Shown here one piece after another: positions 17,761 through 28,045 of a DNA stretch of 64,000 nucleotides. The position numbers and the translations under genes were made by a program. A model generated the notes under the pieces. That model was not told the origin of the DNA, did no database searches, and saw only the letters and a list, made by a program, of their open reading frames with translations. The DNA is from Candidatus Woesearchaeota archaeon (lineage in GTDB: Archaea > Nanobdellota > Nanobdellia > Woesearchaeales > JAGVYU01), in contig JBDROB010000075.1 in NCBI GenBank assembly GCA_043810355.1, positions 16,565-80,564 on the forward strand, given 5' to 3'. Each line of letters begins with the position of its first letter. The stretch's first letter is position 1.

Positions 17761-19275
17761 TTATGTTACACACACTGCTTTTTCTTCTTCTCCCTCAAAC
17801 ACTCTGTCTGCTTCTTGCTTGTTACCTGGCTTGAAGAATGAGAACAATGCATTCACTCCACTTAATAATATTTTTATGTCATCTACTGACCTTATTTTAG
17901 CAATCTTTCTTATCACATAGCCAGGCCTAAAATAAAATTTCTTGTACATTAGTTTATAGAGATCTTTGATATCATCTGCACTTAAAGTCTCTAATCTCAT
18001 CACAGGCTTTGCTAGTGTATAGTCATCCCAGTCATATGTCAATATCAGGTCTTTATTCTTTGCCCATTCAAACATTGCTGTGCCTGGAAATGGTGTTGTT
18101 ATGTTCACAATGAGTAAATCTGGATTCAGTTTATTCACAAACTTCACATTCTTCATGATTATCTCTTTATTGTCTCCTGGATTTCCTACCATGAACGCTA
18201 GCCTTGATTCAATCCCTGCTTTTTTTGTCCATTTGTTTGCATTCAAGACCTGTTCAACATTTGTTTTTTTGTTGATGTTCCTCAGCACATTCTCATCAAT
18301 ATTCTCAACACCATACATTATCTGGTGGCATCCTGCTTTTTTCATCTTCTGCAGCATCTCAAAATCAACATAATCCACTCTGGCAAAACATGTCCATGAG
18401 ATATCAACTTTATTCTCAAGCAACATATCGCATAGTTTTATGACATTCTGCCTGTTTACAGTGAATGTGTCATCATAGAATTGTATTTGTTTTACTCCAT
18501 AATTCTTTATCAGGTATTGTATCTCTTCAAAAATCTTTTCAGCAGACTTGAAAAACATCAATGTTCCTAATGTTTTTGAGCAGAATGTGCATCTTCCTGG
18601 GCATCCTCTTGATGTCATCATGCTCATTGCAGGCAATTTCTTATAGCTTCCTTTTGCAGGCTGATATTTTAAGACTGGAAGCAGGTCATATGCAGGCATT
18701 GGCATTTCATCCAGGTTCATGATTCTTTTTCTTGGTTTTGTTCTGACAGAAAATATTTTTCCATCTTTTTTTCTCTTAAACATGATTCCATTTATCTCTT
18801 CAAGTTTTTTATTTTTTAAAATCTCAGAAAGTGTTATCTCTCCTTCTCCTATGACTGCTATATCTATATTTTTGTTCTTAATGACCTCATCTGTTAAGAA
18901 TGTTGCATGCACTCCTCCTACAACAACTTTTGCCTTTGGAAAGAATTCCTTGCATATTTCAGCCAGTTTATACACTTTTTTTATATTGCAGGTAAGTGTA
19001 GTTAAACCAATAACCCTAATATCTGAAAATCTGCTAACAAATTCTTTGATAAAAAGAGGTCTAAAGCTTTCAACAGAAGGTGCATATATGTCACAGTCTA
19101 ATATCTGGATTGAGAATCCTTGTGATCTGATAAACCCAGCAAGATCTGCTAATCCAAGTGGTGGAAAGTTTGAATTGACCTCTTTCCATATGTTTTCCTC
19201 TTCCTTGTACCAGCTTGGAGGAGCTATCAGAAGGCAATCCAGTTTCTCCTTGCTTTTTTCTTCCTTTTCCATCAT
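17761..19275 (-). CDS. B12-binding radical SAM protein (class B). Possibly a sugar or lipid C-methyltransferase or another radical tailoring enzyme.
   Basis: CxxxCxxC 'CPGRCTFCS'. N-terminal Rossmann-like B12-binding region 'LLIAPPSW...VIGLTTLT...VVVGGVHATF'. Confidence 0.8.
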   Translation of the reverse strand: MMEKEEKSKEKLDCLLIAPPSWYKEEENIWKEVNSNFPPLGLADLAGFIRSQGFSIQILDCDIYAPSVESFRPLFIKEFVSRFSDIRVIGLTTLTCNIKKVYKLAEICKEFFPKAKVVVGGVHATFLTDEVIKNKNIDIAVIGEGEITLSEILKNKKLEEINGIMFKRKKDGKIFSVRTKPRKRIMNLDEMPMPAYDLLPVLKYQPAKGSYKKLPAMSMMTSRGCPGRCTFCSKTLGTLMFFKSAEKIFEEIQYLIKNYGVKQIQFYDDTFTVNRQNVIKLCDMLLENKVDISWTCFARVDYVDFEMLQKMKKAGCHQIMYGVENIDENVLRNINKKTNVEQVLNANKWTKKAGIESRLAFMVGNPGDNKEIIMKNVKFVNKLNPDLLIVNITTPFPGTAMFEWAKNKDLILTYDWDDYTLAKPVMRLETLSADDIKDLYKLMYKKFYFRPGYVIRKIAKIRSVDDIKILLSGVNALFSFFKPGNKQEADRVFEGEEEKAVCVT

Positions 19276-19285
19276 TTTTAGAAAA

Positions 19286-20806
19286 TCAGACTATTTTATA
19301 AATCTTTGTTGCTGTTCTAGTATTCTCATACACTATTTCATACTCTGAACTGATATCTTCAGGAAAATCATTTGCTAATAATGATCTCCCAACAATATTT
19401 TCTTCATCCTGTACCCATATATATCCTTTTCTCTGCTCTACTTTATCTATTGACCAAGTAGAATATCTGTCTAAATTATAAGTCAAGCATTGTCTTTGAA
19501 AAAAGAATATTGAATCTTTTTCAGTGTTCTCTTTTACCCATTGAAAATCATCATCATAATTATTCCATGCTCTAGCTACCATCCCTGCTTTCAAAACCTC
19601 TCCTGAAACAAATCCTATTATTAGCAGCATAAGAATTCCAGTCACAATATATTTGAATTTAATCTTTCTATAGATCCATACTATCCCAATTGCCCACAAT
19701 ATGCCTAATGCTGGAATCATCGGCAGGATATGCCTTGAATCAAACTGTCCTATTCTCAATACATAAGCTGCTCCAAGAACAGCGAATGATATTATCCATG
19801 CACCGATTATCTGCCATCTTTTATCTTTCAGCTTAGATTGCAACAATCCAATAATGATTGGTAAAAAGAAAATTATTGTTCCAATCACCCAGATACCAAT
19901 CAACACCTTAATATAAGGTATATCAAAGAAAAAGAATGAATTGATATCTCCTAATGGAACTCCAAAAAGTGAAAAATACATTTTCATATAAGGATCTACA
20001 CTTAGAAAATTTGTCACATCTGCTGTATATCCCATTGCAGGTGCAGTTCCTCTTAAAACACTTTCAAGAAAAGGAAATACAGGATTTTTGAAAAATATCC
20101 AATTCCTTACAAACCAGATCCCCCCTATCCCAAGAGAGATAATCCCAGAAACAACAGCATTTCTCACAAAAACAATCTTATCTTTGTTATTAATACATAG
20201 TATTGCTAAAAGAACTGGCACTACAAAAAGCCCATTATATTTAGTTAAAATTGCTATTCCTGCAAAAATGCTTGATGCAACTACTTTATTCTTCAGCATC
20301 AAATAAATGCTTAATAATACAAAAAATGTCAGTGTAGCTTCTGTATGTGCCAAAGCGCTGTAATACATATGGATTGGAATGAATGATAAAAACACTAAGG
20401 AAAAGAATGCAATTTTCTCATCAAACAGTCTCTTAGCAATCAAATAGATAAGTATCAAGGAAAGAGAGCCAAATAATGCTGAAACAAGATTCATCCCCAA
20501 TTCCCCAGCATTAAAGACATCAAACACTTTGTAGAATCCTGCTGCAGTGATATGGAATACTGGAGGTGCCCAGAATGGCTGCTTCAGATGTTCTGGATAA
20601 TAATCCCTTCCAATCTCTTCATTTAATGGAAATTCATTTTCTAATGCAATAAACCTAGCTGCACTCAGATGCCAGCATCCATCTCCTGCATTATGAGTCA
20701 TTAAAGCTAAGCCTACTCTTAGAATAATAGTTATAATCAGTATAATCTTCGCATAATTCCAATATTTTCCCTTATCCATTTTATCCCCTTTATCCAACTT
20801 ATCCAT
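19286..20806 (-). CDS. GT-C fold membrane glycosyltransferase, PMT_2/ArnT family.
   Basis: 'DYYPEHLKQPFWAPPVFHITAAGFYKVF...LFGSLSLILIYLIAKRLFDEKIAFFSLVFLSFIPIHMYYS' matches the PMT_2 signature. Confidence 0.7.
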   Translation of the reverse strand: MDKLDKGDKMDKGKYWNYAKIILIITIILRVGLALMTHNAGDGCWHLSAARFIALENEFPLNEEIGRDYYPEHLKQPFWAPPVFHITAAGFYKVFDVFNAGELGMNLVSALFGSLSLILIYLIAKRLFDEKIAFFSLVFLSFIPIHMYYSALAHTEATLTFFVLLSIYLMLKNKVVASSIFAGIAILTKYNGLFVVPVLLAILCINNKDKIVFVRNAVVSGIISLGIGGIWFVRNWIFFKNPVFPFLESVLRGTAPAMGYTADVTNFLSVDPYMKMYFSLFGVPLGDINSFFFFDIPYIKVLIGIWVIGTIIFFLPIIIGLLQSKLKDKRWQIIGAWIISFAVLGAAYVLRIGQFDSRHILPMIPALGILWAIGIVWIYRKIKFKYIVTGILMLLIIGFVSGEVLKAGMVARAWNNYDDDFQWVKENTEKDSIFFFQRQCLTYNLDRYSTWSIDKVEQRKGYIWVQDEENIVGRSLLANDFPEDISSEYEIVYENTRTATKIYKIV

Positions 20807-20931
20807 ATCATTTGGAAATATTTACCTATTTAAAAAAGCTTTGAGTATTCACTCTCTTGTTTTTCCATTTAAAATCCTTTTTTACATACCAAAAGAATAT
20901 ATTTATAAAAAAATCTCTTTTGTTTCTTTTT

Positions 20932-22269
20932 ATGAAAAAGAATCGTGTAGATGAGTTCATAACAAATCCTAAAAAGGCCTTGCTAATCTTAGCTACACCT
21001 ATTCTGATAGGCATGCTTGTTCAGACTCTTTATAATGTTGTTGACACTGCTTTTGTAGGAAGATTAGGTGCAGAATCAATTGCTGCTTTGACCTTTTCTT
21101 TCCCATTATTTTTCATATTGATATCATTGACAGTTGGTGTTGGAGCTGGTATCAACTCTTTGATTGCAAGAAAGCTTGGTGAAAAGAACAAGATTGATGC
21201 TGAAAATGCTGCTATGCATGGTTTATTGATCTCAATATTATTATCATTAATAGTGTTCTTATTGGGTTATTTCGCCCTTAACCCTATTTTCAGGCTCTTC
21301 GGAGCAGAGGAAAATGTGATAGGATTGGCAGTATCATACATGTCAATCATTTTATTTGGTTTTTTCTTTATGTTCCCTGCTTTTACTTTGAATGGCATAT
21401 TTGTTGCCCAAGGAAATTCAAAGACAGCTATGCAGGTTCAGATATCTGGTTTGATCCTTAACATTATTCTTGATCCTATCTTTATTTACACATTTAAACT
21501 TGGTGTTAGGGGGGCTGCATTTGCAACCATTATCTCATTTTTCTTTTCCTTGATCCTTTATTTGTATTTGTTGTCTAGCAGGTCATATCTGAAGATCCAT
21601 CCTTCTTCTTTCAGATTTTCATCAGATATCATCATCCAGATTTTGAAGGTTGGGGCTCCTTCAACTATTATGATGTTATTAATGTCTGTATATTCAATTT
21701 TTATTAACAGATTTATGGCTCATTTTGGCACTGATTATGTTGCTGCTTTAGGTATCTCTTCAAGGCTGGAGTCAGTTGTTGTTATGCCTTTTGTTGCATT
21801 CTCTTTGGCATTGTTGACTATTGTTGGCATGTTTTATGGTGCAAAAAGGCTTGATCTTGTAAAAGTTGTTCTGTATTATAGTTTAAAGATAGGCATTATC
21901 TGGACATTGGTATCAGGTGCAATAATTTTTTCTTTTCCAAAATTATTCCTGTTGATTTTCACAAATGATCAATTTTTGATAAATATAGGATCTGCTTACC
22001 TAAGGATTAATGTTTTCTTGTTTCCTTTCCTTGTTTTCTCTTTGATGATAAGCAGGGCATTGCAGGGGATGGGTTATGGTCTGCCTGGTTTGCTGATCAA
22101 TCTTGTCAGGGTAGTCTTCATATCAATCCCAGCAGGTTTTATCTTTGTCTTTATATTGGATTATAGTTATCTGTCTATTGCTTTGGCTACTGTTTTAGGA
22201 GCAATTATATCAGCAATATTTGCATTGATTATGCTAAATATTGAGTTGAGAAAGAGCACTGCCAGATAA
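20932..22269 (+). CDS. MATE-family transporter (MOP superfamily). In this context it is a possible glycan or lipid-linked oligosaccharide flippase. The start is at the internal ATG; a TATA-like 'atttataaaa' lies ~25 nt upstream.
   Basis: 'ILATPILIGMLVQTLYNVVDTAFVGRLGAESIAALT' MATE N-lobe signature. 12 TM segments. Confidence 0.7.
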   Translation: MKKNRVDEFITNPKKALLILATPILIGMLVQTLYNVVDTAFVGRLGAESIAALTFSFPLFFILISLTVGVGAGINSLIARKLGEKNKIDAENAAMHGLLISILLSLIVFLLGYFALNPIFRLFGAEENVIGLAVSYMSIILFGFFFMFPAFTLNGIFVAQGNSKTAMQVQISGLILNIILDPIFIYTFKLGVRGAAFATIISFFFSLILYLYLLSSRSYLKIHPSSFRFSSDIIIQILKVGAPSTIMMLLMSVYSIFINRFMAHFGTDYVAALGISSRLESVVVMPFVAFSLALLTIVGMFYGAKRLDLVKVVLYYSLKIGIIWTLVSGAIIFSFPKLFLLIFTNDQFLINIGSAYLRINVFLFPFLVFSLMISRALQGMGYGLPGLLINLVRVVFISIPAGFIFVFILDYSYLSIALATVLGAIISAIFALIMLNIELRKSTAR

Positions 22270-22346
22270 TATTGAATAATGGGTTAAATTTAAATACTAA
22301 CTTTTATTCCTAGACTCTATACAGCTTTATAAAGGGGTTTTTTAAA

Positions 22347-22940
22347 ATGATTCATGAATCAGCAGATGTATCTACAGATGCAAAGATTGGGAATAATACA
22401 AAAGTCTGGCACAATGCTCAGATTAGGGAGAATGTTGTTATTGGTGACAATTGTATTGTTGGTAAAGGGTCTTATGTTGATTTAGATGTCAAGATAGGTT
22501 CAAATGTCAAGATCCAGAATTATGCATCTGTTTTCCATGGTTCTGTAATAGAAGATGGTGTCTTTATAGGCCCTTATGTTTGCATCACAAATGATAAGAA
22601 TCCAAGAGCCATAAATAAGGATGGTTCTTTGAAGACAGCTTGTGACTGGAATGTCAAAGGTGTTTTAGTCAAAAAAGGCGCTTCATTAGGGGCTTGCTCA
22701 GTTATTTTGCCAGGTATCACAATTGGTGAATTTGTTATGGTTGGTGCTGGCTCTGTTGTCACAAGGGATGTTCCTGATTTTGCTCTGGTTGTAGGAAATC
22801 CTGCAAGGATTATTGGTTTTGTTTGCATGTCTGGTCATAAGGTAAAATTTGATTCAAAAAATAATGACAAAGTGAATATGAAATGCCCTGTCTGTCAGGA
22901 AACAGTTCAAATAGAAAGAAAGTATTTCATAGAGGAATAG
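22347..22940 (+). CDS. Hexapeptide-repeat (LbH) N-acetyltransferase, WbpD/PglD-like, with a C-terminal zinc ribbon.
   Basis: Hexapeptide repeats '[31 protein letters not shown]...'. 'CPVCQ' ribbon. Confidence 0.75.
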   Translation: MIHESADVSTDAKIGNNTKVWHNAQIRENVVIGDNCIVGKGSYVDLDVKIGSNVKIQNYASVFHGSVIEDGVFIGPYVCITNDKNPRAINKDGSLKTACDWNVKGVLVKKGASLGACSVILPGITIGEFVMVGAGSVVTRDVPDFALVVGNPARIIGFVCMSGHKVKFDSKNNDKVNMKCPVCQETVQIERKYFIEE

Positions 22941-22941
22941 G

Positions 22942-24027
22942 ATGTTATACACAGCAAAGCCAATTATTGAGGATGAGGAAAAGGATGCAGTGCTTGAAGT
23001 GCTTGACTCAGGCATGATTGCCCAGGGAAAAAAAGTGGAATTATTAGAGAATCAGTTTTCTAATTTTATAGGGACTAATTTCACTGTTGCAACTTCAAAT
23101 GGTACTACTGCTCTCCATTTAGCATTATTAGCTTCAGGAATAGGTGAAGGAGATGAAGTGATCACAACCCCATTCTCATTTATTTCAACAGTATCTTCAA
23201 TAATTCATGCAGGTGCCACCCCTGTTTTGGTTGATATTGATGAGAATTCTTTCAATATTGATCCTGACCTCATTGAATCTGCTATCACAGAAAAGACTAA
23301 GGCAATTCTTGCAGTCCATTTGTATGGTAATCCATGCAATATGGATAGGATCACTGAGATAGCAAAGCTGCATAATCTAATAATAATTGAAGATGCTTGC
23401 CAGGCTCATGGTGCAATGTATAAAAATAGGAAGATTGGAAGTTTTGGCACTGCCTGTTTCTCTTTATATGCAACTAAAAACATGACCTCAGGCGAAGGAG
23501 GTCTTATAACAACCAAAGACTCTCTTATTAATTATTCATTAAGACTCCTGAGAAATCATGGCCAGGAAGAGCGTTATAAGCATAAGATTATTGGATTTAA
23601 TTATAGAATGACTGATTTACAGGCAGCTATTGCAATAGCACAATTAAATAAAATAGAGGATTTTAATGAATCTAGGATTGAAAATGCAAAGTTTCTCAGT
23701 GATAACATATCACACAAAGGAATAGTCACTCCAAAGGTTGAGCCTAATATCAAGCATGTTTTCCATCAGTACACAATCAGGGTTACTGATGAGTATCCCT
23801 TATCAAGGGCTGATCTAATAAAATTGTTTGAAAAAAATGGGATTCAGACATCAATATTTTATCCGATTCCTTTATATGAGCAGGATGCTTTAAAAGAGAT
23901 ATTTGGCAATATGTCCCTTCCAGTTGTTGAAAAAGTATGTCAAGAAGTGTTGTCATTGCCAATTCATCCTTCTGTTTCAGAAAATGATCTTAAAAATATG
24001 GTTAATATCTTGAATAATCCAGAGTAA
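22942..24027 (+). CDS. DegT/DnrJ/EryC1/StrS-family PLP-dependent sugar aminotransferase (WbpE/PglE-like).
   Basis: 'DAVLEVLDSGMIAQGKKVELLENQF...ATSNGTTALHLAL'. PLP Lys region 'SLYATKNMTSGEGG'. Confidence 0.85.
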   Translation: MLYTAKPIIEDEEKDAVLEVLDSGMIAQGKKVELLENQFSNFIGTNFTVATSNGTTALHLALLASGIGEGDEVITTPFSFISTVSSIIHAGATPVLVDIDENSFNIDPDLIESAITEKTKAILAVHLYGNPCNMDRITEIAKLHNLIIIEDACQAHGAMYKNRKIGSFGTACFSLYATKNMTSGEGGLITTKDSLINYSLRLLRNHGQEERYKHKIIGFNYRMTDLQAAIAIAQLNKIEDFNESRIENAKFLSDNISHKGIVTPKVEPNIKHVFHQYTIRVTDEYPLSRADLIKLFEKNGIQTSIFYPIPLYEQDALKEIFGNMSLPVVEKVCQEVLSLPIHPSVSENDLKNMVNILNNPE

Positions 24028-24029
24028 AG

Positions 24030-25025
24030 ATGGAAAAACTAAATTTTGCTGTGATAGGAACTGGTAACATGGGAAAAAACCATGTAAGATTATTGAATGA
24101 GATTGATAATGTTAATCTTGTTGCAATCTCAGATGCTAACTCAGAGCAATTGAATAAGATCTCTTCTATTTACAAGGTCAAGCAATATATTGATTATAAA
24201 AATATGTTGGATTCAGAAAAATTAGATGCTGTAATCATTGCTGTTCCTACTTCAATGCATAAAAAGGTAGCTTTTGATGTGATTGAAAAAGGCATAAATA
24301 TCCTTATTGAAAAGCCAATTGCTTCAACTGTTGAAGATGCTCAGGATATTATCAGCAAGGCTAGGGAGAAGAATGTAAAATTGATGGTTGGTCATGTTGA
24401 GAGGTTTAATCCAGCTGTCACAGAGCTGAAAAAGAGGATTGATAATAAGGAGCTTGGTAAGATTTATAAATTTTCTGTTGCAAGGTCATCACCTTTTCCT
24501 GCGAGAATATTGGATGTTGGTGTTGTTATAGACTTGGCAGTGCACGATCTTGACATTATTTCCAATATTAACAATTCTAGAATCACTCATATTTATGCGC
24601 AGACTGAAAAAAGGATTCATTCTTCAAATGAGGATATGCTTTGCTCACAGCTTTCTTTTGAGAATGGTGTCATAGGCTTGTTAAATATTGATTGGCTCAC
24701 TCCTGTTGTCATAAGGGAATTGTCAATTACAGGTGAAAAAGGAATGTTCAAGCTCAATTATCTTACTCAAGAGCTTTATTTTTATAAGAATAGTGCCAGT
24801 GAAGATTATGATTATTCCAGTTCAATTTTGTCAGTCACAGCAGGAGATATGATGAAGCTCAACATCCAGAAGCAAGAGCCTTTGAGACTTGAGCTTGAGT
24901 CTTTTATTGATTGTATTAAGGAAAATAAGGATCCAAAAGTGACTGGTGACCAGGGTTTATTAGCCCTTGAACTTGCCCTAAAGATATTGGAATCATCAAG
25001 GACAAAAAGTGTTATCAAATTATAA
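24030..25025 (+). CDS. Gfo/Idh/MocA-family NAD-dependent oxidoreductase (WbpB-like UDP-GlcNAc(A) 3-dehydrogenase).
   Basis: 'LNFAVIGTGNMGKNHVRLL' Rossmann N-terminus. 'EKPIAST...MVGHVERFNPA'. Confidence 0.8.
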   Translation: MEKLNFAVIGTGNMGKNHVRLLNEIDNVNLVAISDANSEQLNKISSIYKVKQYIDYKNMLDSEKLDAVIIAVPTSMHKKVAFDVIEKGINILIEKPIASTVEDAQDIISKAREKNVKLMVGHVERFNPAVTELKKRIDNKELGKIYKFSVARSSPFPARILDVGVVIDLAVHDLDIISNINNSRITHIYAQTEKRIHSSNEDMLCSQLSFENGVIGLLNIDWLTPVVIRELSITGEKGMFKLNYLTQELYFYKNSASEDYDYSSSILSVTAGDMMKLNIQKQEPLRLELESFIDCIKENKDPKVTGDQGLLALELALKILESSRTKSVIKL

Positions 25026-25026
25026 A

Positions 25027-25070
25027 TAAGAAAAAATAAAAATAAAAATAAAAAAATAAAAAAATAAAAA
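25027..25070. repeat. A-rich degenerate tandem repeat (aaaaataa)n in an intergenic spacer.
   Basis: Direct reading. Confidence 0.5.
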
Positions 25071-25071
25071 A

Positions 25072-25848
25072 ATGAAAAATGTGATTATTATCGGAACAGG
25101 GGAGATTGGATCTGCTCTGATTGAACTTTTGGATGAATCAGGTAAATACAAGGTTTTTAAGAAAGATATTGAACCAGTACACATAGATGAGCCAATTGAT
25201 ATAATGCATATTTGTATTCCTTTTTTTGATAATTTCAATGATATTGTGATAAATTATATCAATGAATATAAGCCAAAGCTTGTAATAATTAACTCAACTG
25301 TCAGGCCTGGCACTACAAGATCAATTTTTAAAAAGACTAATATTCATCTGGTCCACAGTCCAGTAAGGGGAAGGCATCCAAAACTTCTTGAAGGATTGAA
25401 GAAATTTGTTAAATTCATAGGTCCTGTGACTCCTGAGGCAGGAGAGATGGCTAAAGAGCATTTTGAGTCACTTGGCCTTAAGACTGAGGTTTTTGGCTCA
25501 TCTGTTGACTCTGAGCTTGGAAAATTGTTTGAGACAACCTATTATGCGATTAACATTGCATTCCATCAGGAGATGGATAGGATTTGCCAGGAATTTGGTG
25601 CTGATTTCAAGTATGCTGTTACTAGATTTTCTGCTACACAGACAATGGACATTGAGCATAAGGTGCCTAGGCCATTGATGTTCCCTGGGATAATTGGAGG
25701 CCATTGCCTCTTGCCAAATATTGAGATCCTGAAAAAGGACATCAGCTCAGATTTTCTAAATGCAATAATTAGTTCAAATGAGTTGACTAAAAAAAGGGTT
25801 GAGCAAGGCAAGGTTAAATATAAGGATATTAAGGATTTGATTGGATAA
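25072..25848 (+). CDS. Short (258 aa) nucleotide-sugar dehydrogenase-family protein (UDP-glucose/GDP-mannose dehydrogenase-like). It retains the catalytic-Cys motif.
   Basis: 'VIIIGTGEIGSAL' Rossmann. 'YYAINIAFHQEMDRICQEFGAD' central-domain motif. 'GGHCLLPN' resembles the GGSCFPKD catalytic-Cys motif. Confidence 0.5.
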   Translation: MKNVIIIGTGEIGSALIELLDESGKYKVFKKDIEPVHIDEPIDIMHICIPFFDNFNDIVINYINEYKPKLVIINSTVRPGTTRSIFKKTNIHLVHSPVRGRHPKLLEGLKKFVKFIGPVTPEAGEMAKEHFESLGLKTEVFGSSVDSELGKLFETTYYAINIAFHQEMDRICQEFGADFKYAVTRFSATQTMDIEHKVPRPLMFPGIIGGHCLLPNIEILKKDISSDFLNAIISSNELTKKRVEQGKVKYKDIKDLIG

Positions 25849-25930
25849 TATTGAATACTCAGCCAATAAATTTTATAAGGGTAATATTTGGATAATTTAC
25901 TGAATAATATCTGGATAATCAGGATATAAA

Positions 25931-26899
25931 ATGATAGAAAACAAGAATATTTTCATTACAGGTGGGGCAGGATTCATAGCTTCCCATATTATTGAGAAAC
26001 TAATAGATAATAATAAGATTACAATCTTTGATAATTGTGAAAGAAATGCATTAAAACTTTGTTCTTTCAAAGATCATGAAAACCTTAATTTTATCATGGG
26101 TAATGTCCTAAACACAAAGGAATTAAAAGATGCAGTTGACAGTTCTTCTGCAACAGTCTTCTTGCATATGGCAGCTATTGCAGGTGTCAAGAATGTTGTT
26201 GACCACCCTGCTAAGACATTTTCTGTAAATTTGTTCGGAACATACAATCTTCTTGAAGCTGTCAAAGATAAGGATATTGATATCCTAATAGATTTCTCTA
26301 CAAGTGAAGTTTATGGTCCTGATGCAGAGAATGTTGATGAAAATTCTAATACAGTCCAGGGGCCTATTACAGAGCCTAGGTGGAGTTATGCAATCTCAAA
26401 GCTTTCATCTGAGCTTTTAAGTTTTTCATACCATAAGGAATTCAACATTCCAGTCTGTTCAGTTAGACCTTTCAATGTTTATGGCCCCAGGCAGGTTGGT
26501 GGAGGAGCTATCAGAAATTTCTTAATAAATTCTGTTAAAGGAGATGACTTAACTATCCATGGTGATGGCTCTGCAATTAGAGCTTGGTGTTATGTATCAG
26601 ATTTTATTGAAGGGATTTTTGCCATGATTGAAAGAAAAGAGGCTATTGGCCATATTTTTAATATTGGAAATCCATCTGCTTCAGTTTCAACAAAAGAGCT
26701 TGCAGAAAAGATTATTAATCATTCAAATTCAAGTTCAAAAATTGTATTTAAAGAGATTGATTATCCTGATGTAAAAAATAGGATTCCTGTTGTTGATAAA
26801 GCAAATAAAATTCTGGGTTATACTCCAAAAATTGATATTGATGAGGGTATAAAACTCTCGCTTGAATGGTTTAAGGAGAATGCTGATAAATTAGATTGA
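25931..26899 (+). CDS. NAD-dependent nucleotide-sugar epimerase/dehydratase (extended SDR).
   Basis: 'IFITGGAGFIASHIIEKL'. 'YAISKLSSELL' catalytic YxxxK. Confidence 0.8.
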   Translation: MIENKNIFITGGAGFIASHIIEKLIDNNKITIFDNCERNALKLCSFKDHENLNFIMGNVLNTKELKDAVDSSSATVFLHMAAIAGVKNVVDHPAKTFSVNLFGTYNLLEAVKDKDIDILIDFSTSEVYGPDAENVDENSNTVQGPITEPRWSYAISKLSSELLSFSYHKEFNIPVCSVRPFNVYGPRQVGGGAIRNFLINSVKGDDLTIHGDGSAIRAWCYVSDFIEGIFAMIERKEAIGHIFNIGNPSASVSTKELAEKIINHSNSSSKIVFKEIDYPDVKNRIPVVDKANKILGYTPKIDIDEGIKLSLEWFKENADKLD

Positions 26900-27118
26900 T
26901 TATTAGGTGAATGAGATGAAAGTTATAAAAATCAAGATTTTTAAATGTCAGAATTCCACTATTTTCAAAAAAGGTGGTTTACTACATAAACCACAAATTA
27001 ATAAGTGGAATTCTGATCATGCTCAAAAACCAATTAATAATAATGTGGCATGTGAAACATGCCATTATGATTTAGCATGGTGGTTTTTGACACCTCCATT
27101 TTTTCCTAGGAGGAAAAA

Positions 27119-28045
27119 ATGAAAGTTTTAATTACAGGCGCCTCCGGTTTTATTGGAAAAAACTTCCTACTTAAGGCTCCAAAAGATTGGAAAATATTTG
27201 CATTTTACAATTCTTCTTCAGATTTTCCTGATTTCATCAAAGAAAATTCTCTGAGCAACACAACTCCGGTAAAGTGTGACCTTTTAGAAAAAGAACAGAT
27301 CAAGACATTCTTCTCTTCAAACAATGATTTTGATGTCTGCTTGTATCTGGCTGCAAATGCTAATCCAACAATCTCTGTGCAGGATCCAAAACTTGATTTT
27401 GACCTTAATGTCACAGCTTTAATTAACTTCCTCACTTATTTCAAAGGGAAAAAACTCATATTCTTCTCATCTGGAGCAGTTTATGATGGCATCAAGGGTC
27501 CTGCAAAAGGAAAACCTTTGGATCCGAAACTGCCTTATGCAATCTCAAAACTGGCAGCTGAACAATATATTAATTTTTTTCATAAAGAGAGGCATGATTT
27601 CTCAAATTATGTGATTTTAAGGTTTTTCGGAGCTTATGGCCCTCATGAGCCTGAGAGAAAGATATATTCTCAATTGGTAAGATCATTTGGAATTGAAAAA
27701 AATCATGAATTCACTATAAGGGGGGATGGCACTAACCTTATTGATGCAATGTTTATTGATGATGCTATTGAAGGCATATTGAAAATAATTGAAAGTGAAA
27801 GAACCAGTAACAAAGTGATTGATTTTTGCATTGGAAATCCTTTGACAATAAAAGAACTCATTCTTGAGGCAGCAAAAACTTTTGGAATAAATAATCCAGA
27901 TATAATCACTCAAGGAACAACAGCTGAGCCAATCTCATTCATTGGCTCTTCAAAAGAGATGAAAGAGATCTGCAATTTCACTCCAAAAACTTCTTTGAGT
28001 GATGGATTAAAAATCCTTAAGGACTTTTGTGAAAAAACTGCTTAA
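27119..28045 (+). CDS. NAD(P)-dependent nucleotide-sugar epimerase/reductase (extended SDR).
   Basis: 'VLITGASGFIGKNF'. 'YAISKLAAEQY'. Confidence 0.75.
   Translation: MKVLITGASGFIGKNFLLKAPKDWKIFAFYNSSSDFPDFIKENSLSNTTPVKCDLLEKEQIKTFFSSNNDFDVCLYLAANANPTISVQDPKLDFDLNVTALINFLTYFKGKKLIFFSSGAVYDGIKGPAKGKPLDPKLPYAISKLAAEQYINFFHKERHDFSNYVILRFFGAYGPHEPERKIYSQLVRSFGIEKNHEFTIRGDGTNLIDAMFIDDAIEGILKIIESERTSNKVIDFCIGNPLTIKELILEAAKTFGINNPDIITQGTTAEPISFIGSSKEMKEICNFTPKTSLSDGLKILKDFCEKTA

Noticed and set aside
17761-19275. The B12-radical SAM considered as the archaeal tetraether/GDGT ring synthase acting with the GGR at 56629.
   Set aside because: The two genes are ~37 kb apart and the rSAM is flanked by glycosyltransferases, so a glycan-modifying role is more parsimonious. 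This was not excluded.
20857-20931. 25-codon N-terminal extension of the MATE transporter ORF.
   Set aside because: A TATA-like box at 20901-20910 lies inside it, and the conserved MATE N-terminus begins at the internal Met (20932).
26907-27122. 71-aa ORF in the 220-bp spacer between two epimerase genes.
   Set aside because: No recognisable family, and a Lys/Asn-rich composition expected by chance in AT-rich DNA. It could be real (ATGA overlap with the next gene) but support is insufficient.
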